NCBI GenBank assembly: GCA_036229005.1
Contig: JAZAMN010000020.1
Span: forward strand, 1-64,000
Direction of reading: 5' to 3'
Length of the DNA stretch: 64,000 nt
Source of the DNA: Myxococcota bacterium
GTDB lineage: Bacteria > Myxococcota_A > UBA796 > CAJQPC01
Part shown: in pieces, positions 44,500 through 54,735 of the stretch
How positions within the stretch are numbered: position 1 is the first letter of the stretch
Layout of the letters: the number at the start of each line of letters is the position of its first letter
Position numbers and translations under genes: made by a program
The notes under the pieces: generated by a model
What the model saw: the letters and a program-made list of their open reading frames with translations, nothing else
What the model was told of the DNA's origin: nothing
The model's database searches: none

Positions 44500-45615
44500 T
44501 CAGAAGCTCAGGTGGGCGGAGAGGATGAAGCTGTCGTTGTCGTAGGGGTGGTCTTCCAGCTCGGTGTTGTGGCTGTAGACCGCCGACAGGCGCAGGTCGT
44601 GGATGGAGGAGAACCAGGCCTCACCGGCGTAGAGGGTAGCGCCGAAGCTGAGGCTCCGCCGGGCCTGGGCGGGGTCGTCCGCGCTGACCAGGGCGACGTC
44701 GTCGGTGAGGGGGATGAGCTCGTCGATCTGCTGGTAGCGGGCGAGCAGGGCCAGGTGCTCGTGGGTCCAGGCCGAGCCCGGAACGAACACGCCGGCCTGG
44801 GCGTACCAGCCGAACTGGTCGTAGTCGGGGATGGCGACGGCCTGCCAGTCGGTGCGGCGCCAGAGGACCTCGGCCTGCAGGTTCAGCTCCCGCCAGTGCA
44901 GGAAGAACTCGCCATTGTGACCGATCGTGGCCGACTCCTGGCCACTGCGCCCCGTCACGTTCAGGTGCCCGGCGTAGCCAAAGGAGACGGTGAAGGGGTC
45001 GTTCGGAGACAGCAGCTCACCGGCGGTGGAGCCGGGCCCGCCCACCGGGCTGTAGACCGCGCGCCAGACGTAGAGGAACTTGCGGTTGACGTTGCTCAGG
45101 CGGTTGCGGCCCTCGCCGTTGAACGCGGCGGCCTGCAGCTCGACGTGGTTCTCCCCCAGGCTGCTGTAGAGCATCGCGCCCATCTCGCGGGCGGGGAGCA
45201 GGTCGGCGATCTGGCCGCGGTCGGGGAAGAGGGTGCGGCGGTCGCTGGCGAGCAGCGAGCGGTTGGTGGGCGCCTTGAACTGCCCCACGCGCAGACCGAC
45301 GGGGCCCTGGCGGTAGTCGATGTAGGCGTCCTGCAGGCGGGCCTCGGGCATCATCTCGACGCCGATCTTCCAGCGCAGGGTGCCAGGGCCCTCCAGGGTG
45401 CCGTCCTGCTCCAGGCGCACGCGGGTGACGTTGAAGCCGACCTCGCCCAGGGTGTTCGCCTCGGCGTCGTCCGGGCTGTAGGAGAAGCGGGGCTGGACGA
45501 AGCCGCCCACGCCCACCCGCAGGCGGGTGAACTCCCCGTCGGGATCGGTGTCCAGCAGGTCGTAGGCCTGGGCGCTGGGGCTCAGGGTGGAGAGAATCAG
45601 CAGCAGCACGGTCAC
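44500..45615 (-). CDS. Outer-membrane porin (OprO/OprP-like)
   Basis: Signal peptide, F.V.RVRL, LQDAYIDY, RVGQFKAP, FNGEG.N and C-terminal Phe. Confidence 0.75.
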   Translation of the reverse strand: MTVLLLILSTLSPSAQAYDLLDTDPDGEFTRLRVGVGGFVQPRFSYSPDDAEANTLGEVGFNVTRVRLEQDGTLEGPGTLRWKIGVEMMPEARLQDAYIDYRQGPVGLRVGQFKAPTNRSLLASDRRTLFPDRGQIADLLPAREMGAMLYSSLGENHVELQAAAFNGEGRNRLSNVNRKFLYVWRAVYSPVGGPGSTAGELLSPNDPFTVSFGYAGHLNVTGRSGQESATIGHNGEFFLHWRELNLQAEVLWRRTDWQAVAIPDYDQFGWYAQAGVFVPGSAWTHEHLALLARYQQIDELIPLTDDVALVSADDPAQARRSLSFGATLYAGEAWFSSIHDLRLSAVYSHNTELEDHPYDNDSFILSAHLSF

Positions 45616-45644
45616 CTCGGCGCGCGCAGGCTAACAGGAGGGGG

Positions 45645-46508
45645 ATGCTGTGGTTGGCCACAATCCTGGGAGCGCAGGGTGCCGAGCTCGCGGAGGCGCG
45701 GGCTGCGGAGCGGGCTGGGGATCCGGAGCGCGAGCGCGCGGTCTGCCTGGAGCTGCCCGACGAGCCCCGCTGCGTGGAGCGCCTGGAGGTGCTGCAGGCC
45801 CGCCAGGACGCGGATGGAGGGCTGCGGGGGCTGGCGACTCTGGAGGCGGCCCGGCGGGGAGAGGAGGTGGATCTGGAGCCCCTGGCAACGGGGCACACCT
45901 CCCCCACTCTGCGGGCAGAAGCGGGCTTGTTGCTGGCATCCCGCTCCACCGGCGAGGACAGCCTGAGGTGGACCCAGCCCTTGTGGGATCTGGGCGCCGA
46001 GCACCCCCTGCGCGAGCAGATCGGCCGCGCGCACGCGCTGGCCTTGGCCCAGGCCGGGCGCCTGGATGATGCGGCGCAGGTGGAGGCGCAGTGGGCCGAG
46101 GACCTGAGCGCGCGGCCCAACGAGGGCGTACGCATCGAGCGCCTCAAGCACCGACAGCGGGTGCTGGGTGGGCTCTCGGGCGGGCTGCTGGCGCTCTACC
46201 TGCTGGGTGCCGCGGCGCCCGCGTTCCGGGGCCGCCGGGTCCTGCGGCGCGCGCGGGGCTTTGTGCCGATGCTGGCGGTGGGCCTGCTCTCCGCGCTGCT
46301 CGCCGGGCTGTGGGACCGCCACGCGGGGGGTTCGGTGCTGCTCTGCCTGCCGGGGTGGCTGGCGCTGCACGCAGTGTCGGTGGCCGCGCTGTCCGAGACC
46401 CGCGGGTGGGTGCGCGGGGGGCTGCGGGTCGGCGCCGGGGTGACCTCGCTGGCGGTGGGGTTCTTGGTGCTGTGGTGGCGCCAGGATCTGGGGTGGTTGG
46501 GGCTCTGA
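45645..46508 (+). CDS. Hypothetical membrane protein
   Basis: N-terminal signal-like segment, four C-terminal hydrophobic helices, and GGAGG RBS. Confidence 0.65.
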   Translation: MLWLATILGAQGAELAEARAAERAGDPERERAVCLELPDEPRCVERLEVLQARQDADGGLRGLATLEAARRGEEVDLEPLATGHTSPTLRAEAGLLLASRSTGEDSLRWTQPLWDLGAEHPLREQIGRAHALALAQAGRLDDAAQVEAQWAEDLSARPNEGVRIERLKHRQRVLGGLSGGLLALYLLGAAAPAFRGRRVLRRARGFVPMLAVGLLSALLAGLWDRHAGGSVLLCLPGWLALHAVSVAALSETRGWVRGGLRVGAGVTSLAVGFLVLWWRQDLGWLGL

Positions 46509-46513
46509 GTGGG

Positions 46514-47236
46514 TCAGCCCAGGTGCTCTTTGAGCCAGCGGGCCTTGGCGATGGTCTGTACGCCGGCCTCCCACTGGGCGAGCTGGTCGGGATCGCGGGG
46601 GAAGCGCTGGGTGATGTAGTCGTCGGCGGGCAAGTCGAGCGCGGCGAGCTTGCGCAGGGCGGGGGCCAGGCGGGGGTCTTCGCGGAAGTCGGGCTGCAGG
46701 TCGTAGAGGTCGAGCATGATCAGGAAGCCGGCCCAGCCCTGGATGAGGTCGCCGTCCACATGCTCGGGGGCCTGGGACATCCAGGCGAGCAGCTCGATGG
46801 CGGGGCTCAGGTCGTGGGGATCCAGGGGGACGGGCTCGGCGGCGAGGCCCTGGATGAGGCCGGCGTCCACAGCGGACTGCCAGAGGGGCAGGCGGGGCTC
46901 GACCCAGACGCCCGCGGGGATGCGGGGGCCGGGCTGGACGTGGGCCTGGTACCTGAGCTCGCCGGCGCTGAGCCAGTCGGACTTGCCGCTGGCGAGCTGG
47001 GCTTGGGCCTGAGCGCGGAGGGCGGGGTCGGGGAGCTTGTCGGCGGGCAGGACCGAGAAGACGCCGAGGTCCAGGAGCTTGTCCCAGTTGCGGAAGTGGG
47101 TGTAGCCGCAGTCGAAGAGGCCCTGGAGGTCGTAGAGCTGGACGGCCAGGCGGCGGCGCTGGGCGATGTCCCGGTCCTGGCGGTGGACGAAGGTGACGGC
47201 GGCCTCGACGAGGGCCTCGATCTCGTGCATGGACAT
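46514..47236 (-). CDS. Hypothetical protein
   Basis: 240-aa ORF with host GC3 bias and globular composition. Confidence 0.7.
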   Translation of the reverse strand: MSMHEIEALVEAAVTFVHRQDRDIAQRRRLAVQLYDLQGLFDCGYTHFRNWDKLLDLGVFSVLPADKLPDPALRAQAQAQLASGKSDWLSAGELRYQAHVQPGPRIPAGVWVEPRLPLWQSAVDAGLIQGLAAEPVPLDPHDLSPAIELLAWMSQAPEHVDGDLIQGWAGFLIMLDLYDLQPDFREDPRLAPALRKLAALDLPADDYITQRFPRDPDQLAQWEAGVQTIAKARWLKEHLG

Positions 47237-47481
47237 GGGGGGCTCCGCGCGGGGGTCGATCCCGCCGGGGCTTTGCGGGGCGGGGCCTCAGCATAGGCGA
47301 GAGCGGCTTCGCCGGGAGGCGACCCCAAGTTGTTTCGGGGGGCTGAAGCGGCAGAGCCGAGCTTTGCGGGGGCGCTCCTCTCGCTACGGCGGGCGCTGGG
47401 GGCGCGCACAGCGGAAATGGCGACGGACGCGACACCAAGCCGTCGCTTGCCCAGGGGGATGGATCCGAGCACTGAGGCGCC

Positions 47482-48249
47482 ATGCTGCTCCTGATCTTCA
47501 CCGCTTGTGGCCTGAGCTCCTACGAGGCCCCGTCGCTCACCCAGGACACCGCGGTGGACTCCGGCGGGGACAGTTGGGAGGCGGACGCGGACACGGACGC
47601 CGACAGCGACTCGGACTCCGACTCCGACGCGGACAGCGACTCCGACGCGGACTCGGACGCCGACAGCGACGCCGACTCCGATGCGGACAGCGACGCCGAC
47701 TCGGATCCCGGCGACTCCAAGGCCAACCCCCGGGAGCCCAAGGCCGGCGAGATCGTGATCTCCGAGCTGATGATCAACCCGGCGGCGGTCGGCGATGACG
47801 CGGGCGAGTACACGGAGCTGACCAACACGAGCTCGGCGTGGCTGGACCTTGACGGGGCCATCCTGGCGGACGAGGACAGCGACTCCTGCGCGATCACCCC
47901 GGCCTCCAGCGGGAGCCTGGTGGTGGGCCCCGGCAAGCGCCTGGTGATCTGCGCAGCCCTGAGCGCCAACGGCGGCGTGACCTGCCAGGGCAGCATCAAC
48001 CCGGTGAGCACGGGCGGGGGCTTCGTGCTGGCCAACGGCGGGGACGAGGTGCTGCTGATCCTCAACGGGAGCACCCTGGACCAGTTCGCCTACTCGGGCA
48101 GCTTCGACGCGTCGGGCGCCGCGCTGGGGGTCCGCTCCGGCAAGCTGACCACGGCCGGGAACGACGACGAGAGCAGCTGGTGCGAGCAGACCAGCGGCTT
48201 GAGCGGGGGCGACGCAGGCACCCCGGGGGCAGCGAACGACCCCTGTTGA
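47482..48249 (+). CDS. Lamin-tail-domain lipoprotein with Asp-Ser/Ala repeat
   Basis: Lipobox-like FTAC, (DS/DA)n tract, IVISELMINP...GEYTEL.N, L.NGGDEV.L and GTPGAAN. Confidence 0.85.
   Translation: MLLLIFTACGLSSYEAPSLTQDTAVDSGGDSWEADADTDADSDSDSDSDADSDSDADSDADSDADSDADSDADSDPGDSKANPREPKAGEIVISELMINPAAVGDDAGEYTELTNTSSAWLDLDGAILADEDSDSCAITPASSGSLVVGPGKRLVICAALSANGGVTCQGSINPVSTGGGFVLANGGDEVLLILNGSTLDQFAYSGSFDASGAALGVRSGKLTTAGNDDESSWCEQTSGLSGGDAGTPGAANDPC
47581..47706 (+). repeat. Coding low-complexity repeat (DADSDS)
   Basis: Repeated GAC-NNN hexamers encoding ADADTDADSDSDSD... Confidence 0.85.
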
Positions 48250-48250
48250 G

Positions 48251-48268
48251 GGGCCCCCGCCGGGGCCC
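48251..48268. terminator. GC-rich hairpin between convergent genes
   Basis: GGGCCCC-CGCC-GGGGCCC directly after the stop at 48249. No U-tract. Confidence 0.4.
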
Positions 48269-48308
48269 AATCCTGGAGACCCCGTCCTGAGGACTCAGCC
48301 CTGGAGAC

Positions 48309-48581
48309 TCAGTCCTGGGAGCCGGGGCCGTCGTCGCCGATCGCCTCGACCGGGCAGTTCTCCATGGCCTCTTCACACTGCTCGAGCTCTTCGGCGTCTT
48401 CCGGCTGCTTGTAGCAGATGTCGTGGTCCTCATCGTCGGACATGCGGAAGTTGTTCGGCGCCGCGTCCGAGCACACGGAGCAGAGGATGCACTCCTTGTC
48501 CACGTAGTAGACCACCTTCTTCCCGTCGATCACGACGGGGTGGATGACGTTGTCTTCCCAGATGTCGGTCGGGTCGGCCAC
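48309..48581 (-). CDS. Ferredoxin
   Basis: YYVDKECILCSVC...AP.NF...C..A...CPVEAI. GTG start after GGAGG. Confidence 0.88.
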   Translation of the reverse strand: MADPTDIWEDNVIHPVVIDGKKVVYYVDKECILCSVCSDAAPNNFRMSDDEDHDICYKQPEDAEELEQCEEAMENCPVEAIGDDGPGSQD

Positions 48582-48680
48582 GTGGACCTCCTGTGTAGGG
48601 GGACTCAAAAAGTCTGGCGGCGACTAACGCGCCAGCACCGGACCGTAAAACCGCAGCGCAGGACCGGTTAGACATGGGCC

Positions 48681-49217
48681 ATGTCGATTCTCAAGGTTGC
48701 ACAGCTCGGCCACCCTGTCCTGCGGCAGGTCGCGGCCCCGATTCCCCCCGAGCAGATCCTCAGTGAGCCCGTCCAGAGGCTGATCGAGGACATGTCCCAC
48801 ACCATGTTCGAGTACGACGGCGCCGGCCTGGCCGCCCCGCAGGTGCACGCCTCGGTGCGTCTGGTGGTCCTGGAGCTGCAGGGCGAAGAGCGGGTGCTCA
48901 TCAACCCGGTGATCACGCCCCTCACCGACGATCTGGTGCGGACCATGGAGGGCTGCCTGTCCGTGAGCGGCATGCGCGCGGCGGTGGACCGATACGCAAA
49001 GATCCGGCTGCAGGCCCTGGACGAGAAGGCCCAGCCCATCGACCTGGAGCTGGAGGACTTCGACGCGGTCGTCGTCCAACATGAGTGCGATCACCTGGAC
49101 GGCGTGCTCTACGTGGACAGATGTGACACCACGACGCTGGCGTTCATGGACGAGTACCAACGCTGGGGTCGCTTGGACACCCTGGCGGAGCGCATGGCGG
49201 CCGCAGAGGAGGAATGA
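48681..49217 (+). CDS. def: Peptide deformylase
   Basis: GAGLAAPQV, EGCLSV and QHECDHLDG. Confidence 0.95.
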   Translation: MSILKVAQLGHPVLRQVAAPIPPEQILSEPVQRLIEDMSHTMFEYDGAGLAAPQVHASVRLVVLELQGEERVLINPVITPLTDDLVRTMEGCLSVSGMRAAVDRYAKIRLQALDEKAQPIDLELEDFDAVVVQHECDHLDGVLYVDRCDTTTLAFMDEYQRWGRLDTLAERMAAAEEE

Positions 49218-50570
49218 ATGGGACTGCTCTCTTGGCTCTTCCCCAGCGATGGGGACCGCCTGCGCAAGGCGGAGAAGCTGCTGGCCGGACAGGAGTGGGC
49301 CGCCGCCCGCGACGAGGTGATGGGGGTCGAAGGGGAGCAGGCGGAGGCGCTGCGCCGCAAGGCCCTGGACGGCTTGATGCACAAGAACATCGAGCTGGCC
49401 ATCCTCTGCGCCGAGTCGGGCGAGACCGAGCAGTCCCGCCTGCACATGGAGCTGGCCACCGAGTTCGCGGCCAAGGGGGACCCGGCCATCCGGGCCGCCC
49501 GCCGTCAGCTCCGGGAGCTCCGCACGGGCTCCAAGCAGAGCGCCCCCAAGGCCCCGGCCCCCTCCCTGGGCGGCGGCGGCGGCGGTGTCCTGGGCAGCAT
49601 GGGCATCCAGGTGGCCACCCCCGAGATGCTCGCCGGCAGCCCCGCGCTGGGTGGCGCCGAGGGCGACGACCCCATCTTCTCCCTGCCGCCCTCCGACCCC
49701 CGCGTGCGCTTCGCGCTGATGCTGGAGCGCTACGGCGAACAGGTGGCGGATCGCCTGCAGGCCCTGGGCCCGGACTTCGCGACCGCGGTGCTCTCCAGCG
49801 AGGAGGGCGAGCCGGCCCACGCCTACGACGTGCTGGGCCGCTTCGTGGAGCGCGAGCCCCTGGCCCGCTGGTTCCGGGCCCAGGCCGCCCTGTTGGCCAA
49901 CAAGCCGGCCGAAGGCGTGGTCGAGCTCGAGGCCCTGCACAAGGCCGAGGGCGGGTTCGTGGAGCTCGCGGGGCAACACAGCGCGGCGGTCCTCGCTGGC
50001 GCCCTGATGCAGCTTGGGCACGTAAAGCGCGCAGCCAAGGTGTTGGACCAGGCGCTGGAGAAGGAGCCCACCCACCTCGCCCTCCAGGTCAACAAGGCGC
50101 TGGTCCTGGAGGCCCTGGGGCAGGACGCCGAGGCCGACAACCTGGCCCGCCGCATCATCAAGCAGTCCAGCCGCGTGATGGAGATGTACAAGCTCATGGG
50201 CCGCGCCCGCGTGCGCCAGGGCAAGCGCCTGGAGGCCATGCAGGCCTTGGAGGCCGGGCTCACCACCAACTGCAGCTCCGGCAAGTGCGGCTCCCTGCCC
50301 TTTGACGTGCAGGCCGGCCGCCAGCTCGCCCAGCTCTACCTGGAGGATCGCCTGGAGCCCGCCCGCGCGGCCGACCTGGTCAGCCAGATCCACCGCAACA
50401 TCGGCCAGCCCGGCTGGTTCGAGGCCTACCTGGAGACCCTCACCGCCCGGAACGCCGGCGCCGCGGACTTGCGCGAGCGCGTGGGCGCCCTCAAGGTGGG
50501 CCTGCGCCCCGAGGATCCCCGCCTCAAGCTGGTGGACCAGGCCTTCGCCCCGCAGTTGGGGGGCGCGTGA
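49218..50570 (+). CDS. Tetratricopeptide repeat protein
   Basis: Repeated helical A/L patterns (AAKVLDQALEKEP, MGRARVRQGKRLEAMQALE). Confidence 0.75.
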   Translation: MGLLSWLFPSDGDRLRKAEKLLAGQEWAAARDEVMGVEGEQAEALRRKALDGLMHKNIELAILCAESGETEQSRLHMELATEFAAKGDPAIRAARRQLRELRTGSKQSAPKAPAPSLGGGGGGVLGSMGIQVATPEMLAGSPALGGAEGDDPIFSLPPSDPRVRFALMLERYGEQVADRLQALGPDFATAVLSSEEGEPAHAYDVLGRFVEREPLARWFRAQAALLANKPAEGVVELEALHKAEGGFVELAGQHSAAVLAGALMQLGHVKRAAKVLDQALEKEPTHLALQVNKALVLEALGQDAEADNLARRIIKQSSRVMEMYKLMGRARVRQGKRLEAMQALEAGLTTNCSSGKCGSLPFDVQAGRQLAQLYLEDRLEPARAADLVSQIHRNIGQPGWFEAYLETLTARNAGAADLRERVGALKVGLRPEDPRLKLVDQAFAPQLGGA

Positions 50571-50926
50571 GGCTCTCCGATTGGTGGCAGAGCCTGCTGT
50601 TCGCCCCTCTGGCGATCGCCGGCACGATCTGGCTCTTCCAGGCCCGCACCAAGGGCCAGCACGAGGTCGAGGAGGCCATCTGCCGCTCCGATCTGCAGGC
50701 CATCCACGCCATGGAGATCGAGCACTACAAGGCCACCGGCCAGTGGGCGCCCTCCATCGAAGCCCTGCGCGCCGCCCGCCCGGCCCCGGACCCCGTGATG
50801 GCCCAGTGGGAGGAGATCGCGCTGCTCCCGGACGACAACTTCGTCGCCCGCGTCCGCTGCACGATCGACGGCGAGGAGTTCCTGTTCGAGAAGGAGCGCA
50901 ACGACAAGCGGGTGCGGCGCCGCTGA
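50567..50926 (+). CDS. Hypothetical protein with N-terminal TM (pilin-like features)
   Basis: GTGA overlap. TM followed by L.AI..ME..HY...G.W...IE.L. Confidence 0.55.
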   Translation: MRLSDWWQSLLFAPLAIAGTIWLFQARTKGQHEVEEAICRSDLQAIHAMEIEHYKATGQWAPSIEALRAARPAPDPVMAQWEEIALLPDDNFVARVRCTIDGEEFLFEKERNDKRVRRR

Positions 50927-50980
50927 GCCCCCGCGGGCGGATCCCCTCAACCCCGCCCCCGCCCGTCCGATGCGGCGGCC

Positions 50981-52576
50981 ATGTCCACCCTGCTGCACAA
51001 CCTCAAGGCCCTCCAGCGCGTTGACCCCACCCTGGTCCAACGCCTGATCGCCCCCATGGCGACCGAGCACGTCCAGGACGGCCCCCAGGGCCCCGTGCTG
51101 GTGCTCCACCGCCAGTCGCACCCCCTCAGCGTAAAGCCCGTCCTGCCCCCTGATCTGCCCGATACCGTGCGCGTGTTCGGGGTGGGCCTGGGCGAGCAGA
51201 CGCTGGCGGCCTTGGACGCCGGACACCAGGTGGTCGCCTGGGACCGCGATCCCCTGATGCTGCGGATGCTGCTGTCCCAGCGTGACCTCGTCGATGCCCT
51301 CCAGTCCGGTCGATTGCGGCTCATGCTCGGCGCGGACCTGGCGGTGAACCCCCAGAGTGCCTGGGAGCTCCAGCACCCCCTCCTCACCTGGCGCTATGCG
51401 TGGGAGCACCGCTTCCAGCCCGCAGAGAAGCGCGCCATGGTCGTCCCGGACGGCCTCTTTGTGGAGGACGTCGCCGAGGAGCTGGCCGCCCGCGGCTACA
51501 GCGTCTGGCCCTTGCCCGCCCGCGAGCTCTCCGAGCTGGAGAACAGCCACGCCCTGGACGCCGTGCAGCCCGAGCTGGTGGTGTCCGTCGGCTACATCCC
51601 CGGCCTCCCCGAGGCCCTGGGCGCCCGCGGCATCCGCCACCTGATCTGGGAGGTCGACCCGGCCCTGGACCACATCGCCAGCGCCGGCCCGGCCCCCACC
51701 ACGCGCGTGTTCACCTACCGGCGCGCCCACGTGGAGCGCTTCAGGGAGGCGGGGCTCTGGGCGGAGCACCGGGCTCTTTGCGCCAACCCCCGGGTCCGCC
51801 GACCTGTCCCCCACTCGGAGCGGGATCCAGGCATCGGCGAGGTCCCCGTGGCCTTCGTCGGCGCGTCGATGCGGGAGACCGCCACCCGCTACCGCAAGAT
51901 CCTGGGCGCCCTGCTGCACAAGACCGGCCGCTCCCCCCTGGAGCTGGAGCACTGGCTGGCCGAGCAGCGCGAGCGCCCCTGGACCTTCACCTTGGCCCGC
52001 CACCTGCGCGACCCCGCCCTCCAGGCCCTGGTCCCCGAGCTGGACCTGCAGGTGCTGGCCGGAGAGATCGCCGCGGCCCAGCAGCGCCTGGACTTCCTGG
52101 GCGCCCTGCTCCCTCTGGGCCTCAAGGTCTGGGGGGACGCCGGCTGGAAGGCGCTGGGCACCGCCTGGCAGGGACTGGCCGGCCACCGCGTCGCCCTCAG
52201 TCAGATCTACAGCGCCGCCCAGGTCAACGTGGACATCGGGCGCGTCTACCAGAGCGACATCCTCACCATGCGCGTGTTCGACGTGCTGGCCTGCGGCGGC
52301 CTGCTCGTCACCCAGGACAGCCCCACCCTGCGCGAGCACTTCACCCCCGGCGAGCACCTGCTGGTCGCCAGCGACCCCGATGAGATGGCCGCACAGGTCG
52401 CCTGGGCCCTGGCGCACCCCACCCAGGCCCGCCTCATCGCCCAAGCCGGTCAGGCGCACGTCCTGGCCCACCACACCACCTCAATGCGCCTGGACGACAT
52501 GCTCGCCCCGGCGATCTGGGAGACCCCATGGACCCCGTCTTCATCGGCGGCGCCGGGCGCTCTGGCACGACCCTGA
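50981..52576 (+). CDS. CgeB-like glycosyltransferase family protein
   Basis: VAFVGA, L.VWG..GW, IYSAA.VNV.I, MRVFDVLACGG.L.T, F.PGE and AHHT...RL..ML. Confidence 0.8.
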   Translation: MSTLLHNLKALQRVDPTLVQRLIAPMATEHVQDGPQGPVLVLHRQSHPLSVKPVLPPDLPDTVRVFGVGLGEQTLAALDAGHQVVAWDRDPLMLRMLLSQRDLVDALQSGRLRLMLGADLAVNPQSAWELQHPLLTWRYAWEHRFQPAEKRAMVVPDGLFVEDVAEELAARGYSVWPLPARELSELENSHALDAVQPELVVSVGYIPGLPEALGARGIRHLIWEVDPALDHIASAGPAPTTRVFTYRRAHVERFREAGLWAEHRALCANPRVRRPVPHSERDPGIGEVPVAFVGASMRETATRYRKILGALLHKTGRSPLELEHWLAEQRERPWTFTLARHLRDPALQALVPELDLQVLAGEIAAAQQRLDFLGALLPLGLKVWGDAGWKALGTAWQGLAGHRVALSQIYSAAQVNVDIGRVYQSDILTMRVFDVLACGGLLVTQDSPTLREHFTPGEHLLVASDPDEMAAQVAWALAHPTQARLIAQAGQAHVLAHHTTSMRLDDMLAPAIWETPWTPSSSAAPGALARP

Positions 52577-53388
52577 TGGTCGACGTGCTGGGCCTCCACC
52601 CCGCGCTGTCCCCCGTCTACGAGACCCACTTTGTGGTCCAGCTCATCGACATCCTGGGCGCGAACGCCAGCCACAAGGAGACCGCCAGGGCCGTGCACAC
52701 CCTGCTCACCGGGTGGTCCGAGACCATCCACGACATGCCCCAGAACAAGCGCGCCCACGAGCGCTACCACCACGGCCCCCACCACCTGCGCTTCACCCCG
52801 CAGCAGCTCCTGGAGCAGCGCGACGAGCTCATCGCCGCCATCCACGAGGGCCGCCAGTGGGCCGGCCTCCAGCGCCTGGTCCACACCCTCTTCAGCCAAC
52901 ACGCCCAGGCCGACGGCAAGCCCCACTGGATCAACAAGAACCCCAGCTACGTGCTGCGCCTGCCCCAGCTCGTGCAGCTCTTCCCGCGCATGCGCTTCAT
53001 CCACTGCGTGCGCGATGGGCGCGCCGCCGCCGCCAGCGTGCTCACCCGCCCCTGGGGCCCAAAGACCGTGCCCGAGGCCGCCCAGTGGTGGGGCTCCCGC
53101 GTGCTCCAGGGCCTCCGCTTCCAGCAGGCCTATCCCCAGCACGCCCTGATCGTCCGCTACGAGGACGTGCTCGCCGAGCCCGAGCGCACCCTGGGCGCCG
53201 TCCAGCAGTGGCTCGGCGTCCCGGACGGCCAGCTCGTCCAGCAGCACCTGGAGGCCGGCTTCTCCTTCGACCCCAGCCGCGGCGAAGCCTGGCGCGAGCG
53301 CCTCTCCGCCCAGGACCTCGCCGACTTCGACCGCATCGCCGGCAAGATCCTGCGCGCCTGCGGCTACGAGAACCAGGCGGCAGCCTGA
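52528..53388 (+). CDS. Sulfotransferase family protein
   Basis: PVFIGGAGRSGTTL, W.NKNP, FIHCVRDGR and VRYED....PE..L. Confidence 0.88.
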   Translation: MDPVFIGGAGRSGTTLMVDVLGLHPALSPVYETHFVVQLIDILGANASHKETARAVHTLLTGWSETIHDMPQNKRAHERYHHGPHHLRFTPQQLLEQRDELIAAIHEGRQWAGLQRLVHTLFSQHAQADGKPHWINKNPSYVLRLPQLVQLFPRMRFIHCVRDGRAAAASVLTRPWGPKTVPEAAQWWGSRVLQGLRFQQAYPQHALIVRYEDVLAEPERTLGAVQQWLGVPDGQLVQQHLEAGFSFDPSRGEAWRERLSAQDLADFDRIAGKILRACGYENQAAA

Positions 53389-53925
53389 GTGCCTGGGGTG
53401 CGCCGCTCGAGCCACCCGGCTCACCGATCGGCCAGCCACCTCAGCGTGGTGCGTAGGCCCCCGCGTCCCGTCGAGATCCCCAAGCCCCCGCCCCCGGTGC
53501 ACCAGCGCAAAGCCGCCCTGCGGATGGTTCTCCTCGCCGGCGCCATCAGCGCGTTCATCCTGTACGGACGCCCCAGGGTGCAGGAGGTGGAGGTGGATCC
53601 CGGTCTGGCCACACCGCCCCTCACCCCCCTGGAGCTGTCGGGCCCGCCCCCTCTGTCTCCTCTGTCCACCCCCGAGGTCACCTGGACGCAGGCCACCCCC
53701 GCGCTCCAGGACTGCCTCCAGGGTTGGTGGATGCAGGAGCCCCAGCGCGAGCGCGTGGACCTGGACCTGAACGTCTCCGCCACGACCACCCTGCGCGTCG
53801 ATCCGCCCCCGCCCGCCGCCACGCAGGCCTGCCTCCAGAGCTGGCTGGACACCCACCCCTTCCCCGCGCAGCCCTGGGACCACCACGCCACCCTGGACCT
53901 TGCCCCCGGGGTGCCGTCCCCTTAG
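53389..53925 (+). CDS. Hypothetical protein with single TM (start uncertain)
   Basis: Fills the gap between + strand genes. TM MVLLAGAISAFILY. Confidence 0.5.
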   Translation: MPGVRRSSHPAHRSASHLSVVRRPPRPVEIPKPPPPVHQRKAALRMVLLAGAISAFILYGRPRVQEVEVDPGLATPPLTPLELSGPPPLSPLSTPEVTWTQATPALQDCLQGWWMQEPQRERVDLDLNVSATTTLRVDPPPPAATQACLQSWLDTHPFPAQPWDHHATLDLAPGVPSP

Positions 53926-53934
53926 CCAGCGGCC

Positions 53935-54621
53935 ATGGACTCCGACCTGCTGCAGCGCCTTCCCCCCGAGCTCCGTGAGCAAGCCCAGGACCTGGAGGAG
54001 CGCCGCCTCAACCGCGCCCTGGACCTGCTGGACCTGCGCATCGGCGACCTGATCGTCGTGATCGAGGCGGTACGCCGGCGCCACAACTCCTCGGCCATCC
54101 TGCGCAGCACCGAGGCCTTCGGCCTGCACGAGGCCCACCTGGTCGCCAACCAGTTCCGGCCCGCCCCCGGGGCCAGCCGCGGCGCCGAGCGCTGGCTGGA
54201 TCTGCACATGTACGCGCAGACCGACGACTGCCTGGACGCCCTGGAGGCCCGCGGCTTCGAGCTCTGGGTCGCCGACTTCACCGACGACGCCGTGCCCCCC
54301 AGCGAGCTCCCCAGCGACGGCAAGGTCGCCCTGCTCTTCGGCTCCGAGGTCACCGGCGTCTCCCCCGCCGCCCGCGCCCGCGCCAAGGGCACCGTGTTCA
54401 TCCCCACCGTGGGCGTCACCCAGTCCCTCAACGTCAGCGCCGCCGCCGCGATCATCATCGGGGAGGCCGCCCGGGCCCGCCACGCCCGCCAGAGCCCCGT
54501 CGGCCTGAGCGTCGAGCAGCGGGAGCGCTTCCTGCGACGTTTTGTCCAGAAGGAGCACGGCCGCATCACCGGTGGCTATCGTCTCTACGAGCTGGAGCCC
54601 GGCGAGGAGGGCCTCTCCTGA
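53935..54621 (+). CDS. SpoU/TrmH-family RNA methyltransferase
   Basis: HNSSAILRSTEAFG, LLFGSE..GVS and IP..G...SLNVSAAAAII. Confidence 0.9.
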   Translation: MDSDLLQRLPPELREQAQDLEERRLNRALDLLDLRIGDLIVVIEAVRRRHNSSAILRSTEAFGLHEAHLVANQFRPAPGASRGAERWLDLHMYAQTDDCLDALEARGFELWVADFTDDAVPPSELPSDGKVALLFGSEVTGVSPAARARAKGTVFIPTVGVTQSLNVSAAAAIIIGEAARARHARQSPVGLSVEQRERFLRRFVQKEHGRITGGYRLYELEPGEEGLS

Positions 54622-54735
54622 CGGGGTGACGCCACCCTTTCCAGAGGCCGCAGCCGGGCGCACTTTGCATCCATTGCACCCTCGGGGCATCGCCTCGGGG
54701 TAGTACCTTCTGGCCCCCGGCAGACCGAGAGCCCC

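Noticed and set aside
47237..47481. Possible ncRNA or REP in the divergent intergenic region (two GCTTTGCGGGG copies)
   Set aside because: Only two short copies and no convincing fold, so it cannot be supported without a genome-wide search.
47581..47706. CRISPR array or non-coding tandem repeat
   Set aside because: In-frame low-complexity Asp-Ser/Ala coding tract without unique spacers.
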